A DNA stretch of 64,000 nt, from NCBI GenBank assembly GCA_964451305.1, contig CAYVHV010000012.1, positions 8,353-72,352 of the forward strand, in the 5' to 3' direction. This document shows positions 8,303 to 18,153 of this stretch, piece after piece. Numbering within the stretch: position 1 is the stretch's first letter; every line of letters begins with the position of its first letter. Source of the DNA: an uncultured Acidimicrobiales bacterium (GTDB lineage: Bacteria > Actinomycetota > Acidimicrobiia > Acidimicrobiales > SHLQ01). The notes under the pieces are model-generated. The model did no database searches. It saw only the letters and a list, made by a program, of their open reading frames with translations, and was not told the DNA's origin. The position numbers were made by a program, and so were the translations under genes.

Positions 8303-9838
8303 ATGACTGCCGCGATTGAGCTGTCGGGCATCACTAAAAGGTTCCCAGGCGTCATTGCAAACGATGACGTGAACCTCACTGTGGAGAAGGGCGAAATCCA
8401 CGCGATCTGCGGCGAAAATGGCGCGGGCAAATCGACGCTCATGAAGATCCTCTACGGGCTCCAACCGCCCGACGAAGGATCGATGAAAGTCAACGGCGAA
8501 GAGGTCAGCTTCTCGACACCAAACGATGCGATCGATCGCGGTATCGGCATGGTCCATCAGCACTTCATGCTCGCAGACCAATTGACGGTGCTTGAGAACA
8601 TCATCCTCGGCGCCGAACCCGCCGGCGCTGGCGGCATCATCAAGTTCAAAGAAGCAGAGGCCCACCTGTCAAAGGTGGCCGCCGACTACGGCCTGACGAT
8701 CGACCCAAACGACTTCATCGAGACGCTCGAGGTCGGGGCACGCCAACGCGTCGAGATCATCAAGGTCCTCTACCGCGGCGCTGACATCTTGATCCTCGAT
8801 GAGCCCACGGCAGTGTTGGTGCCCCAAGAGGTCGAAGCATTGTTCGAAAACATGCGCGACCTCAAAGCCGCTGGTGCAACGATTCTGTTCATCGATCACA
8901 AGCTCGAAGAAGTCCTCGAGATCTCGGACAGCATCACGGTGCTTCGCCATGGTAAGACCGTCGCGAGCATGCCCAACGAGGGCGTTACTGCCCATGACCT
9001 AGCCGAACTGATGGTGGGTAGTGAGCTCCCTACCCCGGAGACTGCGGAATCGACGGTTACCGGCGAGGTTGCGCTGGCGGTCGAGAACATCACCGTGGCC
9101 GACGCCGACGGACGGCCCGCAATCGAGAACGTCAACCTCACGATTCACAAGGGTGAGATCCTCGGCATTGCCGGAGTCGAGGGCAATGGCCAAGGTGAAC
9201 TCGTCGACGCCCTGATCGGAACCGCATCGGTTTCGGCCGGCTCCATCAACCTCCTCGGGCAAGACATCACGAAGTTGTCGGTTCGACGGCGTCGTGAAGG
9301 CGGGATTGGATACGTTCCCGAAGACCGCCATCACGAGGGGCTACTCCTCAACGCCCCGCTGTGGGAGAACGCTGCGCTTGGGCATCAAACGCAATCCCCG
9401 TATGGCTCGCGTTGGTTCATCGACCGGAGCGGTGCCCGGAACCAGACCGAGGTCATCAAAGAAGCGTTCGACGTCCGGACACCGAACATTGATGTCTCAG
9501 CTCACGCGCTCTCCGGTGGCAACCAACAGAAGTTGATCATCGGCCGCGAGCTCACCGCCAACCCGACGTTACTCGTCGCAGCACATCCGACGCGCGGGGT
9601 TGATGTCGGCGCGCAGGCAGCGATTTGGGAGCAGATTCGCGAAGCTCGCGCCGATGGCTTGGCGACGTTATTGATCTCTGCCGACCTCGACGAGTTGATA
9701 GGCCTATCCGACCGGATCGTGGTGATGTTCCGCGGCAAACTCGTCGCCACGGTCGACCCGGACACGGTGACGCCACGCGACCTCGGGGCGTACATGACCG
9801 GTGCCGCAACACAAGATGATGGAGCTGTGAGCCCATGA
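8303..9838 (+). CDS. ABC transporter ATP-binding protein, duplicated ABC domains (sugar/nucleoside type)
   Basis: ORF 8303..9838(+). Walker A GENGAGKST, a second domain GVEGNGQGEL, signature LSGGNQQK, and two Walker B ILILDEP-type motifs. Confidence 0.9.
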   Translation: MTAAIELSGITKRFPGVIANDDVNLTVEKGEIHAICGENGAGKSTLMKILYGLQPPDEGSMKVNGEEVSFSTPNDAIDRGIGMVHQHFMLADQLTVLENIILGAEPAGAGGIIKFKEAEAHLSKVAADYGLTIDPNDFIETLEVGARQRVEIIKVLYRGADILILDEPTAVLVPQEVEALFENMRDLKAAGATILFIDHKLEEVLEISDSITVLRHGKTVASMPNEGVTAHDLAELMVGSELPTPETAESTVTGEVALAVENITVADADGRPAIENVNLTIHKGEILGIAGVEGNGQGELVDALIGTASVSAGSINLLGQDITKLSVRRRREGGIGYVPEDRHHEGLLLNAPLWENAALGHQTQSPYGSRWFIDRSGARNQTEVIKEAFDVRTPNIDVSAHALSGGNQQKLIIGRELTANPTLLVAAHPTRGVDVGAQAAIWEQIREARADGLATLLISADLDELIGLSDRIVVMFRGKLVATVDPDTVTPRDLGAYMTGAATQDDGAVSP

Positions 9839-10962
9839 GAAAGCTTGCCTTTAGTCTTGCGGGCCCACTGAGCGCTTTCGCTCTGACGCTCGTCATCTCA
9901 TCGCTCGCACTCGTCGCTTTCGGATCAAATCCGATCGCAGCGTTCTCCGACATGCTTGGCCATGCTTCCGAACTCGAAACACAGGTGGAGATCCTCAACC
10001 GAGCAACGCCGCTCTATCTTTCGGCGGTCGCAGCGGCGATTGGTTTCCGCATGAACCTGTTCAACATCGGTGTGGAGGGCCAGTACCTCTTCGCCTTTAT
10101 CGTCGCCGCCCAGGTCGGCTCGCTCTTGGCACTCCCATCGATTCTTCACATCCCGCTGATCTTGATCACTTCGATGCTCGTCGGAGGCCTCTTCGCAGGT
10201 ATCGCAGGACTGCTGAAAGTCACTCGTGGAGTCAACGAGGTTATTTCGACGATCATGCTCAACTCGATCGCCGTCGCCGGGCTCATCGCTGCGCTGCAGG
10301 CGCGCTGGCAGCCCGAACAAGAGAACTTCTCGTCGACCACGCTCGGTACGGCTCCGGTCGACGAGAGCGGCTTGTTGCCCCACGTCAATGGGGTCGTCGA
10401 GATCTTCACCCGCGAAATCGGCCAGGGGGTCGAACTGACCGGAATGATCTTCGTAGCAGTCGCCGCTGGGGTCTCCTACTACGTGCTCCTCAACAAAATG
10501 CGGTTCGGCTTTGACCTACGGGCGAGTGGTCTCAACCCATTCGCCGCACGCGCTGGCGGTGTGCCGCCGAAACAGATGATCGTGCTGGCGATGTTCCTCT
10601 CCGGTGCTGTTGCCGGCTTGATCGGCATGGTCGAACTCGCCGACGTCGGCCGCTTTCCCGCAGACCCGATCCAAGGACTCGGTTTCGCCGGAATCGCGGT
10701 CGCCCTCCTCGGTCGCAACAACCCAGGTGCGATGGCATTCTCCGCATTACTCTTCGCCTTCCTCGATGTATCGGCTGGCATCTTGCAGAGCACCCAAACC
10801 GCAACCAAAGAGATCGTCAACATCATGCAAGGCATCGTCTTGCTCGCTGCGGTGATCGCTTATGGCGTTACCAAGCGCATTCAAACCCGCGAAGAGGCCC
10901 GAGCAACCGCTGAGGCGCTGCTTCGCCAGGATGAAAACACACCCTCGGGAGCTGCGGTATGA
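9835..10962 (+). CDS. ABC transporter permease (BMP/nucleoside-type, first)
   Basis: ORF 9835..10962(+). Polytopic hydrophobic protein with an ATGA overlap to the ATPase stop. FNIGVEGQ motif typical of this permease family. Confidence 0.85.
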   Translation: MRKLAFSLAGPLSAFALTLVISSLALVAFGSNPIAAFSDMLGHASELETQVEILNRATPLYLSAVAAAIGFRMNLFNIGVEGQYLFAFIVAAQVGSLLALPSILHIPLILITSMLVGGLFAGIAGLLKVTRGVNEVISTIMLNSIAVAGLIAALQARWQPEQENFSSTTLGTAPVDESGLLPHVNGVVEIFTREIGQGVELTGMIFVAVAAGVSYYVLLNKMRFGFDLRASGLNPFAARAGGVPPKQMIVLAMFLSGAVAGLIGMVELADVGRFPADPIQGLGFAGIAVALLGRNNPGAMAFSALLFAFLDVSAGILQSTQTATKEIVNIMQGIVLLAAVIAYGVTKRIQTREEARATAEALLRQDENTPSGAAV

Positions 10963-12197
10963 AATTCCTCAGTGACCTTCCCGCCTGGATTCGCTGGCCC
11001 CTCTATGCATTCGCAGGCATCTTTCTGCTGACGCTCGTTCAAACGATCTCAGACACCGAACGCCTCACGCAGGTTGCCACGGCGAGACAAATGCTGCGCT
11101 TCGCTGTACCGATCTTCCTCGCCGGACTCGGCGGACTCTTCAGCGAACGCTCTGGAGTCGTCAACATCGGACTCGAAGGCATGCTGATCCTCGGCATGTG
11201 GTTCGGCGCGTGGGGCTCCATCGAATTTGGACCTTGGTGGGGTCTTGTCATCGGCATGATCGGCGGAGGGATCGGTGGACTCCTTCACGCGATAGCAACC
11301 GTTGGCTTCGGCGTCGATCACATCATCTCCGGTGTCGCCATCAACATCCTCGCACCGGCGTTTACACGGTTCCTCTCCGACGAGGTCTGGGCCTCTCCAA
11401 CGACCTCTCCGCAGACCCAAAGCGTGGGCACATGGGACGTTCCGTTTCTCGCTGGCGGAACCATCTTTGGATGGGAATCGCCAGACTGGCTCTTGACGAT
11501 TAGCCAGACCGAGATTTGGTTTCTTCACGACTCGGCGCAACTCGCCCGTGGGCTTTTGCGGGGAACCCACTGGGTGTCGTACTTAGTGATTGTGCTCGTG
11601 CCTTTCACGACATGGTTGATCTGGCGCACTCGATTCGGCCTTCGGCTCCGTATCGCTGGTGAGAACCCGCAGGCGGGCGCAGCTCAAGGCATCAACATCA
11701 TTCGATACAAGTATGTCGCCGTGATCATCTCCGGCGTGCTGGCCGGACTCGGTGGAGCGTTCATCTCGACCGAGTTGTCAGGCTTGTTCCAAGGTGGAAA
11801 CAGCGCAGGCCGAGGCTTCATTGGCCTTGCAGCGCTGATCTTTGGCAACTGGCGTCCAGGCGGAGTGCTCATTGGAGCCCTCTTGTTCGGGTACGTCTTC
11901 GGTCTTGATCTCCGTGACCTCGACGGAACAGCATCACACGCCATGCTGCTCGTCAACACGATCGCTCTGGCCGGTGTTGCTGCATGGGCGGTGAAGGGTC
12001 AACGAACCACCGACGCCATCATGGCCGTCATCCTCGGCGGACTGTCGTTGACCTGGTGGTTATCCGCCGACACGGTCCCGAGTTGGTGGAGCGACGTCCT
12101 ACCGTTCGTACTCGTCTTGTTGGTCTTGGTCTTCTTCTCGCAACGACTTCGTGCACCGGAGAAACTCGGGGCGCCGTACTTTAGGGGATCGACGTAG
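10959..12197 (+). CDS. ABC transporter permease (BMP/nucleoside-type, second)
   Basis: ORF 10959..12197(+). Polytopic, with VNIGLEGMLILG motif and an ATGA overlap to the preceding permease. Confidence 0.85.
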   Translation: MKFLSDLPAWIRWPLYAFAGIFLLTLVQTISDTERLTQVATARQMLRFAVPIFLAGLGGLFSERSGVVNIGLEGMLILGMWFGAWGSIEFGPWWGLVIGMIGGGIGGLLHAIATVGFGVDHIISGVAINILAPAFTRFLSDEVWASPTTSPQTQSVGTWDVPFLAGGTIFGWESPDWLLTISQTEIWFLHDSAQLARGLLRGTHWVSYLVIVLVPFTTWLIWRTRFGLRLRIAGENPQAGAAQGINIIRYKYVAVIISGVLAGLGGAFISTELSGLFQGGNSAGRGFIGLAALIFGNWRPGGVLIGALLFGYVFGLDLRDLDGTASHAMLLVNTIALAGVAAWAVKGQRTTDAIMAVILGGLSLTWWLSADTVPSWWSDVLPFVLVLLVLVFFSQRLRAPEKLGAPYFRGST

Positions 12198-13025
12198 ATG
12201 TACGAACCGGCCGCGTTCGCCGAGAACGGCGTCGCCATCTTCCCCGATGCTTTCTCGCCTCAACAGCTCGACAGTTTTCGAGCTGCGGTCGACAGGCTGG
12301 TCGACGATTTCGACCCCGACGGTGTCCGCACCGTGTTCTCGACCGATGACCAGAGCCACGCTCGTAGCGACTACTTCCTGACATCGGGTGACAAAATCCG
12401 TTACTTCCTCGAGGACGGAGCGATCGACTCCAACGGCGAATTCGTACTCGAGAAACGTCAAGCGCTCAACAAGATCGGTCATGCCATGCATGACATCGAT
12501 CCAGATATCTCAGCGTTCTCTCGTTCGAATGGATTCGCGAGCGCCGCCAGCGCAGTCGGAATGAGTCACCCGCGGTTGCTTCAGTCGATGATCATTTTCA
12601 AAAACCCCGAGGTCGGTGGCGAGGTCAGCATTCATACCGATCACACATTCCTGTGGACCGAGCCGCAAAGTGCCATCGGGTTTTGGGTCGCCATCGATGA
12701 CGCCACGCAAGAAAACGGATGCTTGTGGGCGCTTCCAGGAGGCCACACGCTGCCGGTCAAGTCACGTTTCCAGCGAACTACCGCAGGGGATCAGACCGAG
12801 ATGGTGATGTTCGATGAGCAGCCGTACCCCGAAGATGGTTGGGTGCCGCTCGAGGTCGAGGCAGGCACGCTCATCGCGCTACACGGCACGCTTCCCCACT
12901 ACAGCGCTCCGAACCTCTCACAAAAGCCCCGACTCGCGTTCACGTTGCACTGCATTGAGGCCGATGCTGCGTACCCAGCGAACAACTGGCTACAACGCGC
13001 GGAGCTTCCCCTCGCTGGATTCTGA
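12198..13025 (+). CDS. Phytanoyl-CoA dioxygenase (PhyH) family Fe(II)/2-oxoglutarate oxygenase
   Basis: ORF 12198..13025(+). ...VSIHTDHTF... (HxD) and ...LIALHGTLPHYSAPN... (distal His) fit the PhyH fold. ATG directly abuts the permease stop (TAGATG). Confidence 0.7.
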   Translation: MYEPAAFAENGVAIFPDAFSPQQLDSFRAAVDRLVDDFDPDGVRTVFSTDDQSHARSDYFLTSGDKIRYFLEDGAIDSNGEFVLEKRQALNKIGHAMHDIDPDISAFSRSNGFASAASAVGMSHPRLLQSMIIFKNPEVGGEVSIHTDHTFLWTEPQSAIGFWVAIDDATQENGCLWALPGGHTLPVKSRFQRTTAGDQTEMVMFDEQPYPEDGWVPLEVEAGTLIALHGTLPHYSAPNLSQKPRLAFTLHCIEADAAYPANNWLQRAELPLAGF

Positions 13026-13049
13026 GACCGCAACTCCTAGCGTAGGAGC

Positions 13050-15131
13050 GTGACTCACTCGGACTCCTCCCACGACACGCCCAACGAACCCGACCCACAT
13101 CTCTGGCTCGAAGAAGTCGAAGGCGATGATGCCCTCGCCTGGGTTCGAGAACAAAACGAGCGAACCCTCGCCGAGCTCCAAGCGAACCCACGATATGCAG
13201 GTTTCGAGGCCGCCGCCCTCGAGGTGCTGACCTCCGACGATCGCATCCCCTACGGCACGATCCGCGACGGTTGGCTCTACAACTTCTGGCAGGACGATGA
13301 GCACGTCCGCGGCCTGTGGCGACGCACTCCGCTCGAGAGCTTCCGCACCGATGACCCCGATTGGGATGTACTGCTCGACGTCGATGCTCTGGCAGAGGCA
13401 GAGCAGTCGAATCATGTATTCAAGGGCGCCAATGTGTTTCGGCGTCCGGGCGCTGACAACTACAAGTGCATGATCTCACTGTCCGATGGCGGCAAGGACG
13501 CGATCACCCAACGAGAGTTCGACATGAAGGAGCGAACCTTCGTCGACGACGGCTTCATCACTCCTGAGGCAAAGCAGGGAGCCGACTGGCTCGATGACGA
13601 CACGTTACTCATCGCCACCGATTGGGCTGACGAAGATGCCCCAACCGTGACCGACTCCGGCTACCCCTTCGTCGTCAAACGGTGGGAGCGGGGAACACCG
13701 CTCGCAGAAGCGGTCGAAGTTTTGCGGGGCACGCCGAGTGACGTTGGAGTCTTCCCGTTCACGATCGAACTCGAAGACCGCACCCTGATCTCGGGAGCTC
13801 AGCAAGCCGACACATTCTTCACCACGACCTATTGGCTGTTCACAGACTCAGGTCCGGTGCAGTTTCCAATTCCGCCGAAGTCAACACCGAACGGCATCTC
13901 CCACGGCCGACTATTACTTTCGCTCGAACAGGACTGGCAGCCAGGTGACGTCGCCTTTGAAACCGGTGACCTCGTCGCCTTCGAGATCCAACCCTTTCTC
14001 GATACGCACGAGTTAGGGCCGGTCGAGCTCGTCTTTCGACCAACAGTCACACAGGCGGTCAACGGTATCGCTGTCGCCGCGGGTGGAACGCTGCTCGCAA
14101 TCACCGAGAACGTCGTCGGCCAAGTGCTCCGCCTCGAGCCCGATGACTCGGGATGGAAGACGACACCAATCGACCTTCCTGGATCCGGAGATGTGGGAAT
14201 TACATTTGCTGATCGAGACGAAGATCTCGTGCTGATCAACTATGAGGATTTCCTCACGCCGACATCGTTGCTCGCGCTGAATTCGACCACAAATGAGATC
14301 GATTCGCTCAAGAGCGTCCCGCCTCGCTTCGATGCCGACGGACTCGTGGTTGAGCAGCTCATGGCCACCTCGACCGACGGCACGAAGATTCCGCACTTCA
14401 TTGTTCGGCGACAAGACGTAGCGTTCGACGGATCAACACCGACGCTGTTGTACGGATATGGCGGTTTCCAGGTGCCACTCAACCCGTCGTATAGCGGGAC
14501 GATTGGCCGCAACTGGCTTGAACAGGGCGGCGCATTTGTTATGGCCAACATTCGTGGTGGTGGCGAGTTTGGTCCGGCGTGGCATCAAGCTGGACTCAAG
14601 ACCCATCGCCAACGCGTCTACGACGACTTCATTTCTGTTGCGGAGTCGTTGGTGACATCGGGCCTTACCTCACCCGATCACCTCGGCATTATGGGCGGAT
14701 CGAACGGTGGCCTCCTGATGGGCGTCATGTTGAATCAACGGCCCGACCTTTGGAACGCCGTCGTCATTCAGGTTCCCCTGCTCGACATGCTCCGCTATCA
14801 CCTATTGCTCGCTGGCGCCTCATGGGTCGACGAGTACGGATCTCCAGATGTCCCTGAAGAGCGGGCGTTCCTCGAGACGATCTCGCCGTATCAGAACTTC
14901 GATGACGCACTCTCGTACCCGACCCCGCTGTTCGTTACCTCGACAAAGGACGATCGGGTCCACCCGGGTCACGCGAGAAAGCTGGCGAAAAAGTTCGAGG
15001 ATGCCGGACTTTCGTTCTGGTACTACGAGAACATCGATGGCGGACACTCCGCTGCTGCGAACCAGACCGAAGCAGCGAAACGAACCGCGCTGGAGTACAC
15101 GTACCTCATGGAACAGCTCACGACGGACTAG
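13050..15131 (+). CDS. Prolyl oligopeptidase family (S9A) serine peptidase
   Basis: ORF 13050..15131(+). N-terminal beta-propeller region, then GIMGGSNGGLLMG (GxSxGG nucleophile elbow), ...DDRVHPGHARK... and ...IDGGHSAAAN. The GTG start is uncertain. Confidence 0.85.
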   Translation: MTHSDSSHDTPNEPDPHLWLEEVEGDDALAWVREQNERTLAELQANPRYAGFEAAALEVLTSDDRIPYGTIRDGWLYNFWQDDEHVRGLWRRTPLESFRTDDPDWDVLLDVDALAEAEQSNHVFKGANVFRRPGADNYKCMISLSDGGKDAITQREFDMKERTFVDDGFITPEAKQGADWLDDDTLLIATDWADEDAPTVTDSGYPFVVKRWERGTPLAEAVEVLRGTPSDVGVFPFTIELEDRTLISGAQQADTFFTTTYWLFTDSGPVQFPIPPKSTPNGISHGRLLLSLEQDWQPGDVAFETGDLVAFEIQPFLDTHELGPVELVFRPTVTQAVNGIAVAAGGTLLAITENVVGQVLRLEPDDSGWKTTPIDLPGSGDVGITFADRDEDLVLINYEDFLTPTSLLALNSTTNEIDSLKSVPPRFDADGLVVEQLMATSTDGTKIPHFIVRRQDVAFDGSTPTLLYGYGGFQVPLNPSYSGTIGRNWLEQGGAFVMANIRGGGEFGPAWHQAGLKTHRQRVYDDFISVAESLVTSGLTSPDHLGIMGGSNGGLLMGVMLNQRPDLWNAVVIQVPLLDMLRYHLLLAGASWVDEYGSPDVPEERAFLETISPYQNFDDALSYPTPLFVTSTKDDRVHPGHARKLAKKFEDAGLSFWYYENIDGGHSAAANQTEAAKRTALEYTYLMEQLTTD

Positions 15132-15141
15132 CGAGTAGCAG

Positions 15142-16005
15142 CTAGTCGCTGAACAGCGTCGGTTCATCGACTGCTGGCGCCTCGGGCTGTGCAGCGAGTT
15201 CGGGGATGACCTCACGAACCTCGTCGTAGAACTCGCGTGCGAGATCGAGCGCCACCGCATTGTCCGGCGTGTGAATGAACACGATCGGCGAACGACCGTC
15301 GCGCAGCCAGCGCGCGACCGTCGTAATCCATGGCGCCCAGAACTCGGGGTTCGTTTCGGCTGCCGTCTGGCCAATGAACCTGACGATCGGGGTCGCACTC
15401 GTCGCGACCGCTCGAACCGGGAGCCGAGGTTTGTTCTCGAACGCCTCGTGCTCGGCTGGGGTTACTCGTGGACCGGCGAACACCGCACGCGAGTCAAATA
15501 TGATGCGGTCCGCTCCACGCGCGGCGAGGAGGTCGTTGAGTGCTCGCTCATTCGAACCGCCATCGAAGAAACCGAGGTGTCGGACCTCGACGGCGTACCT
15601 GTTGGTTTGCGGGAGCGAGGACATGAAACCGTCGAGCACATCGACCGACTCAGGGCCAAACGAGGCAGGGAGCTGGATCGCGATCGGGTCCATCTTTTCA
15701 AGACATGGTTCCAGTGCACGAAAGAATGCTCCGACCTGGTCTGCACAGTTGCGAAGCTTGCGTTCGTGCGTGATTTCCTTGCTGAACTTGAACATGAAGC
15801 GGAAGTCGTCAGAGGTGCTGTCGGCCCAGCGTTGAGCAACCTCGACCGTCGGAAGGGCGTAAAACGTGGTGTTTCCTTCGACGGCTTCGACCAGCGCCGA
15901 GTACGCAGCGAGTTCACCTCCGGGCGGCGTCGACTTTGGGATGGAACGCCCAGGCCAATGGCTATTGGTCCACATCGCACAGCCCACACGTAGGTCTCCA
16001 ACCAC
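15142..16005 (-). CDS. DUF72 (UPF0759) family protein
   Basis: ORF 15142..16005(-). LRVGCAMWTNSHWPG...AVEGNTTFYALP...FRFMFKFSKEITH resembles the DUF72 pattern (IRIGTSGWsy..W...vEiNstFY..p). Confidence 0.7.
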   Translation of the reverse strand: MVGDLRVGCAMWTNSHWPGRSIPKSTPPGGELAAYSALVEAVEGNTTFYALPTVEVAQRWADSTSDDFRFMFKFSKEITHERKLRNCADQVGAFFRALEPCLEKMDPIAIQLPASFGPESVDVLDGFMSSLPQTNRYAVEVRHLGFFDGGSNERALNDLLAARGADRIIFDSRAVFAGPRVTPAEHEAFENKPRLPVRAVATSATPIVRFIGQTAAETNPEFWAPWITTVARWLRDGRSPIVFIHTPDNAVALDLAREFYDEVREVIPELAAQPEAPAVDEPTLFSD

Positions 16006-16027
16006 CCCGAAACGTTACCGCGTTCAC

Positions 16028-16070
16028 GCACCCCTTCGATTTGGGGTCTGACCCCAAATCGAAGGGGTGC
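16028..16070. repeat. 43-nt perfect palindrome (21-nt arms, 1-nt centre) carrying core TTTGGGGTC-T-GACCCCAAA
   Basis: gcaccccttcgatttggggtc t gaccccaaatcgaaggggtgc, verified base by base. Lies between the divergent starts of DUF72 (16005) and the reductase (16143). Confidence 0.95.
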
Positions 16071-16142
16071 GGTTGACCAGCGTCACGTGAAGAATGCCCA
16101 ATGGGTCGGGGTGAGTGCTCAGTTCGCTGGCAAGCTGGGTAT

Positions 16143-17366
16143 ATGACATCGTCAACAGCTGATCTGCTCGTCATCGGCGCAGGACCCGCCGGAGCGGCTG
16201 CGGCGATCCGTGGCGCACGCGGTGGAGCCAAAGTCGTCGTGTTCGACAAAGCGCCCTACGGCCGCGACAAGGTCTGCGGCGATGGCCTCACCCCACGAGC
16301 GATCGCTGCGTTGAACGAACTCAACATCGACTTCAGCGACGCCCACCACATCGTTGGACTCCGCATGATCGCGAACTCCACCGTTCGCGAGCTCGACTGG
16401 CCGTCGGGCGGGCGGTTCCCGAACCACGGGGCCGTGTGGCCGCGTCGCCGTCTCGATGCATCGCTTATCGATGCTGCCACCGAGGCGGGTGCCGAGGTCA
16501 TTTGGGAAACCGAAGCGCTCCCGATCATCGAAGGCGAACGGGTCGTCGGTGTCACCGCAGGTGGGATCGAATGGAAAGCCCCGATGACCGTCATCGCAGC
16601 GGGAGCACCTGGGAAAGTCGCAAAGATGCTCGGCACCGACCGCGTCGAAGACGAACCATTCGGGCTCGCCATTCGAGCCTATGTCCCATCATCGAGACAC
16701 GATGACCAACATCTCGAGGCTTGCCTGACGCTCAAGGACGAACACGGCACACCGGTTCCCGGATATGGCTGGATGTTCCCGGCAGGCGACGGCACCGTGA
16801 ACATCGGTGCCGGTGCCCTCAGCACGATGAAGGGCTTTAAGAAGCTCAACCTGAACAAGCTCCTCGATTCATATCGAGACATGGTCCAGCAGAGCTGGGG
16901 ACTTGGCGAATACGTCGAACGACCACGAGCGTGGCGTCTCCCGATGAGCGCTCAGCGCCGGCACGGTACAGGCTGGGTTGCGATCGGTGACGCCGCAGGT
17001 CTCATCAACCCGATGAATGGTGAGGGCATCGACTACGGGCTCGAGAGCGGCATCCTCGCCGCCGACCTCTTCCTCGATAATCCCGTCACTGCACCAGCAC
17101 GCTATGACCTGGCCGTCGAAGAGATGTTCGACGGGTTCCTAAGCACGGGTCGCCGTTTCAGCTTTCTCATCGGCCACCCATGGATTCTCAACAGCGGCCT
17201 GAAGATGGCGGTCGGAACTGACGCCATAGCGAAGATAACCCTCCAGGTCATGGGTAATCTCGTGGATGGCCAAACTCCCGGTGCGGCGGGTCGGATCTTC
17301 CGGCTCACCGACAAGACCCTCAAGACTGCCGATCCAGTGCTCCGTCGCACACGCGCTGCTGCGTAG
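16143..17366 (+). CDS. Geranylgeranyl reductase family FAD-dependent oxidoreductase
   Basis: ORF 16101..17366(+). DLLVIGAGPAGAAAAIRGARGGAKVVVFDKA...DKVCGDGLTPRA gives the Rossmann GxGxxG plus the GGR-family CGDG motif. Start moved to ATG 16143. Confidence 0.8.
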   Translation: MTSSTADLLVIGAGPAGAAAAIRGARGGAKVVVFDKAPYGRDKVCGDGLTPRAIAALNELNIDFSDAHHIVGLRMIANSTVRELDWPSGGRFPNHGAVWPRRRLDASLIDAATEAGAEVIWETEALPIIEGERVVGVTAGGIEWKAPMTVIAAGAPGKVAKMLGTDRVEDEPFGLAIRAYVPSSRHDDQHLEACLTLKDEHGTPVPGYGWMFPAGDGTVNIGAGALSTMKGFKKLNLNKLLDSYRDMVQQSWGLGEYVERPRAWRLPMSAQRRHGTGWVAIGDAAGLINPMNGEGIDYGLESGILAADLFLDNPVTAPARYDLAVEEMFDGFLSTGRRFSFLIGHPWILNSGLKMAVGTDAIAKITLQVMGNLVDGQTPGAAGRIFRLTDKTLKTADPVLRRTRAAA

Positions 17367-17379
17367 AACGGCCGCATAG

Positions 17380-18105
17380 ATGGCGGCACGACCACTCCCC
17401 GGCGCTGATATTCAGCTCGTCATCTTCGATCTGATGGGCACGCTCATCTGCGATGACGGTGTCGTCGAACGCGCATATCAGGCTGCGTTGCGACAAGCGG
17501 GTATCGACCAAGACAATCCTCTCTTCGACTCCTCGTGGCGTCAGATTGCAGAGTTGCGTGGCCGGCCAACACTTGTGGTCCTGAGCGAAGTACTGGGCGA
17601 CCCGGTGACCGCAGAAGAAGCAACGTGGGCCTTCGACGACAGCATCCTCTCTTCGGTTGCGGACATGGAACCGATCGACGGCGCTCCTGAGGTTCTTCAG
17701 CGCCTTGCTGACGAGGGCATCCTCAGTGCCGTGACCACGAGCTTTACCCCCGAGGTACGCAAGGCCGTGCTGAACAAGTGCGGATGGGACGCGACGTTTG
17801 CAGAGCAACTGTCGGCGAGGGGGAGCAAACGTGGACACCCCGCGCCAGACCTGCTCCTCGAGGCAATTCTCAACCTCGGGGTCGATAGCGTCGCCCAGGT
17901 GGCGATCGTCGGTGATAGCGCAGCCGATCTCGAAGCTGGCAATCGAGCCGGAGCGGGCCTCATCGTCGGTGTTCGCACCGGAGGCGCACCAGCTGGGAAG
18001 CTCGAGGCGGCGCCTCACACCCATCTCATCGACTCCGTCGCCGACCTCCCTCAGGTACTCGATGCTCCACGCACAAAGGGCGCTCGACGCACGTCTGACC
18101 GATAA
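17380..18105 (+). CDS. HAD-superfamily hydrolase (subfamily IA-like)
   Basis: ORF 17380..18105(+). LVIFDLMGTL is the DxxGT-type motif I (DLMGT), and ...VGDSAADLEAGNRAG is motif IV. Confidence 0.75.
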   Translation: MAARPLPGADIQLVIFDLMGTLICDDGVVERAYQAALRQAGIDQDNPLFDSSWRQIAELRGRPTLVVLSEVLGDPVTAEEATWAFDDSILSSVADMEPIDGAPEVLQRLADEGILSAVTTSFTPEVRKAVLNKCGWDATFAEQLSARGSKRGHPAPDLLLEAILNLGVDSVAQVAIVGDSAADLEAGNRAGAGLIVGVRTGGAPAGKLEAAPHTHLIDSVADLPQVLDAPRTKGARRTSDR

Positions 18106-18153
18106 GGGATAAGGACCCGAGACAGTTTCGGCCCAGAGCGGCCATACTTGGAC

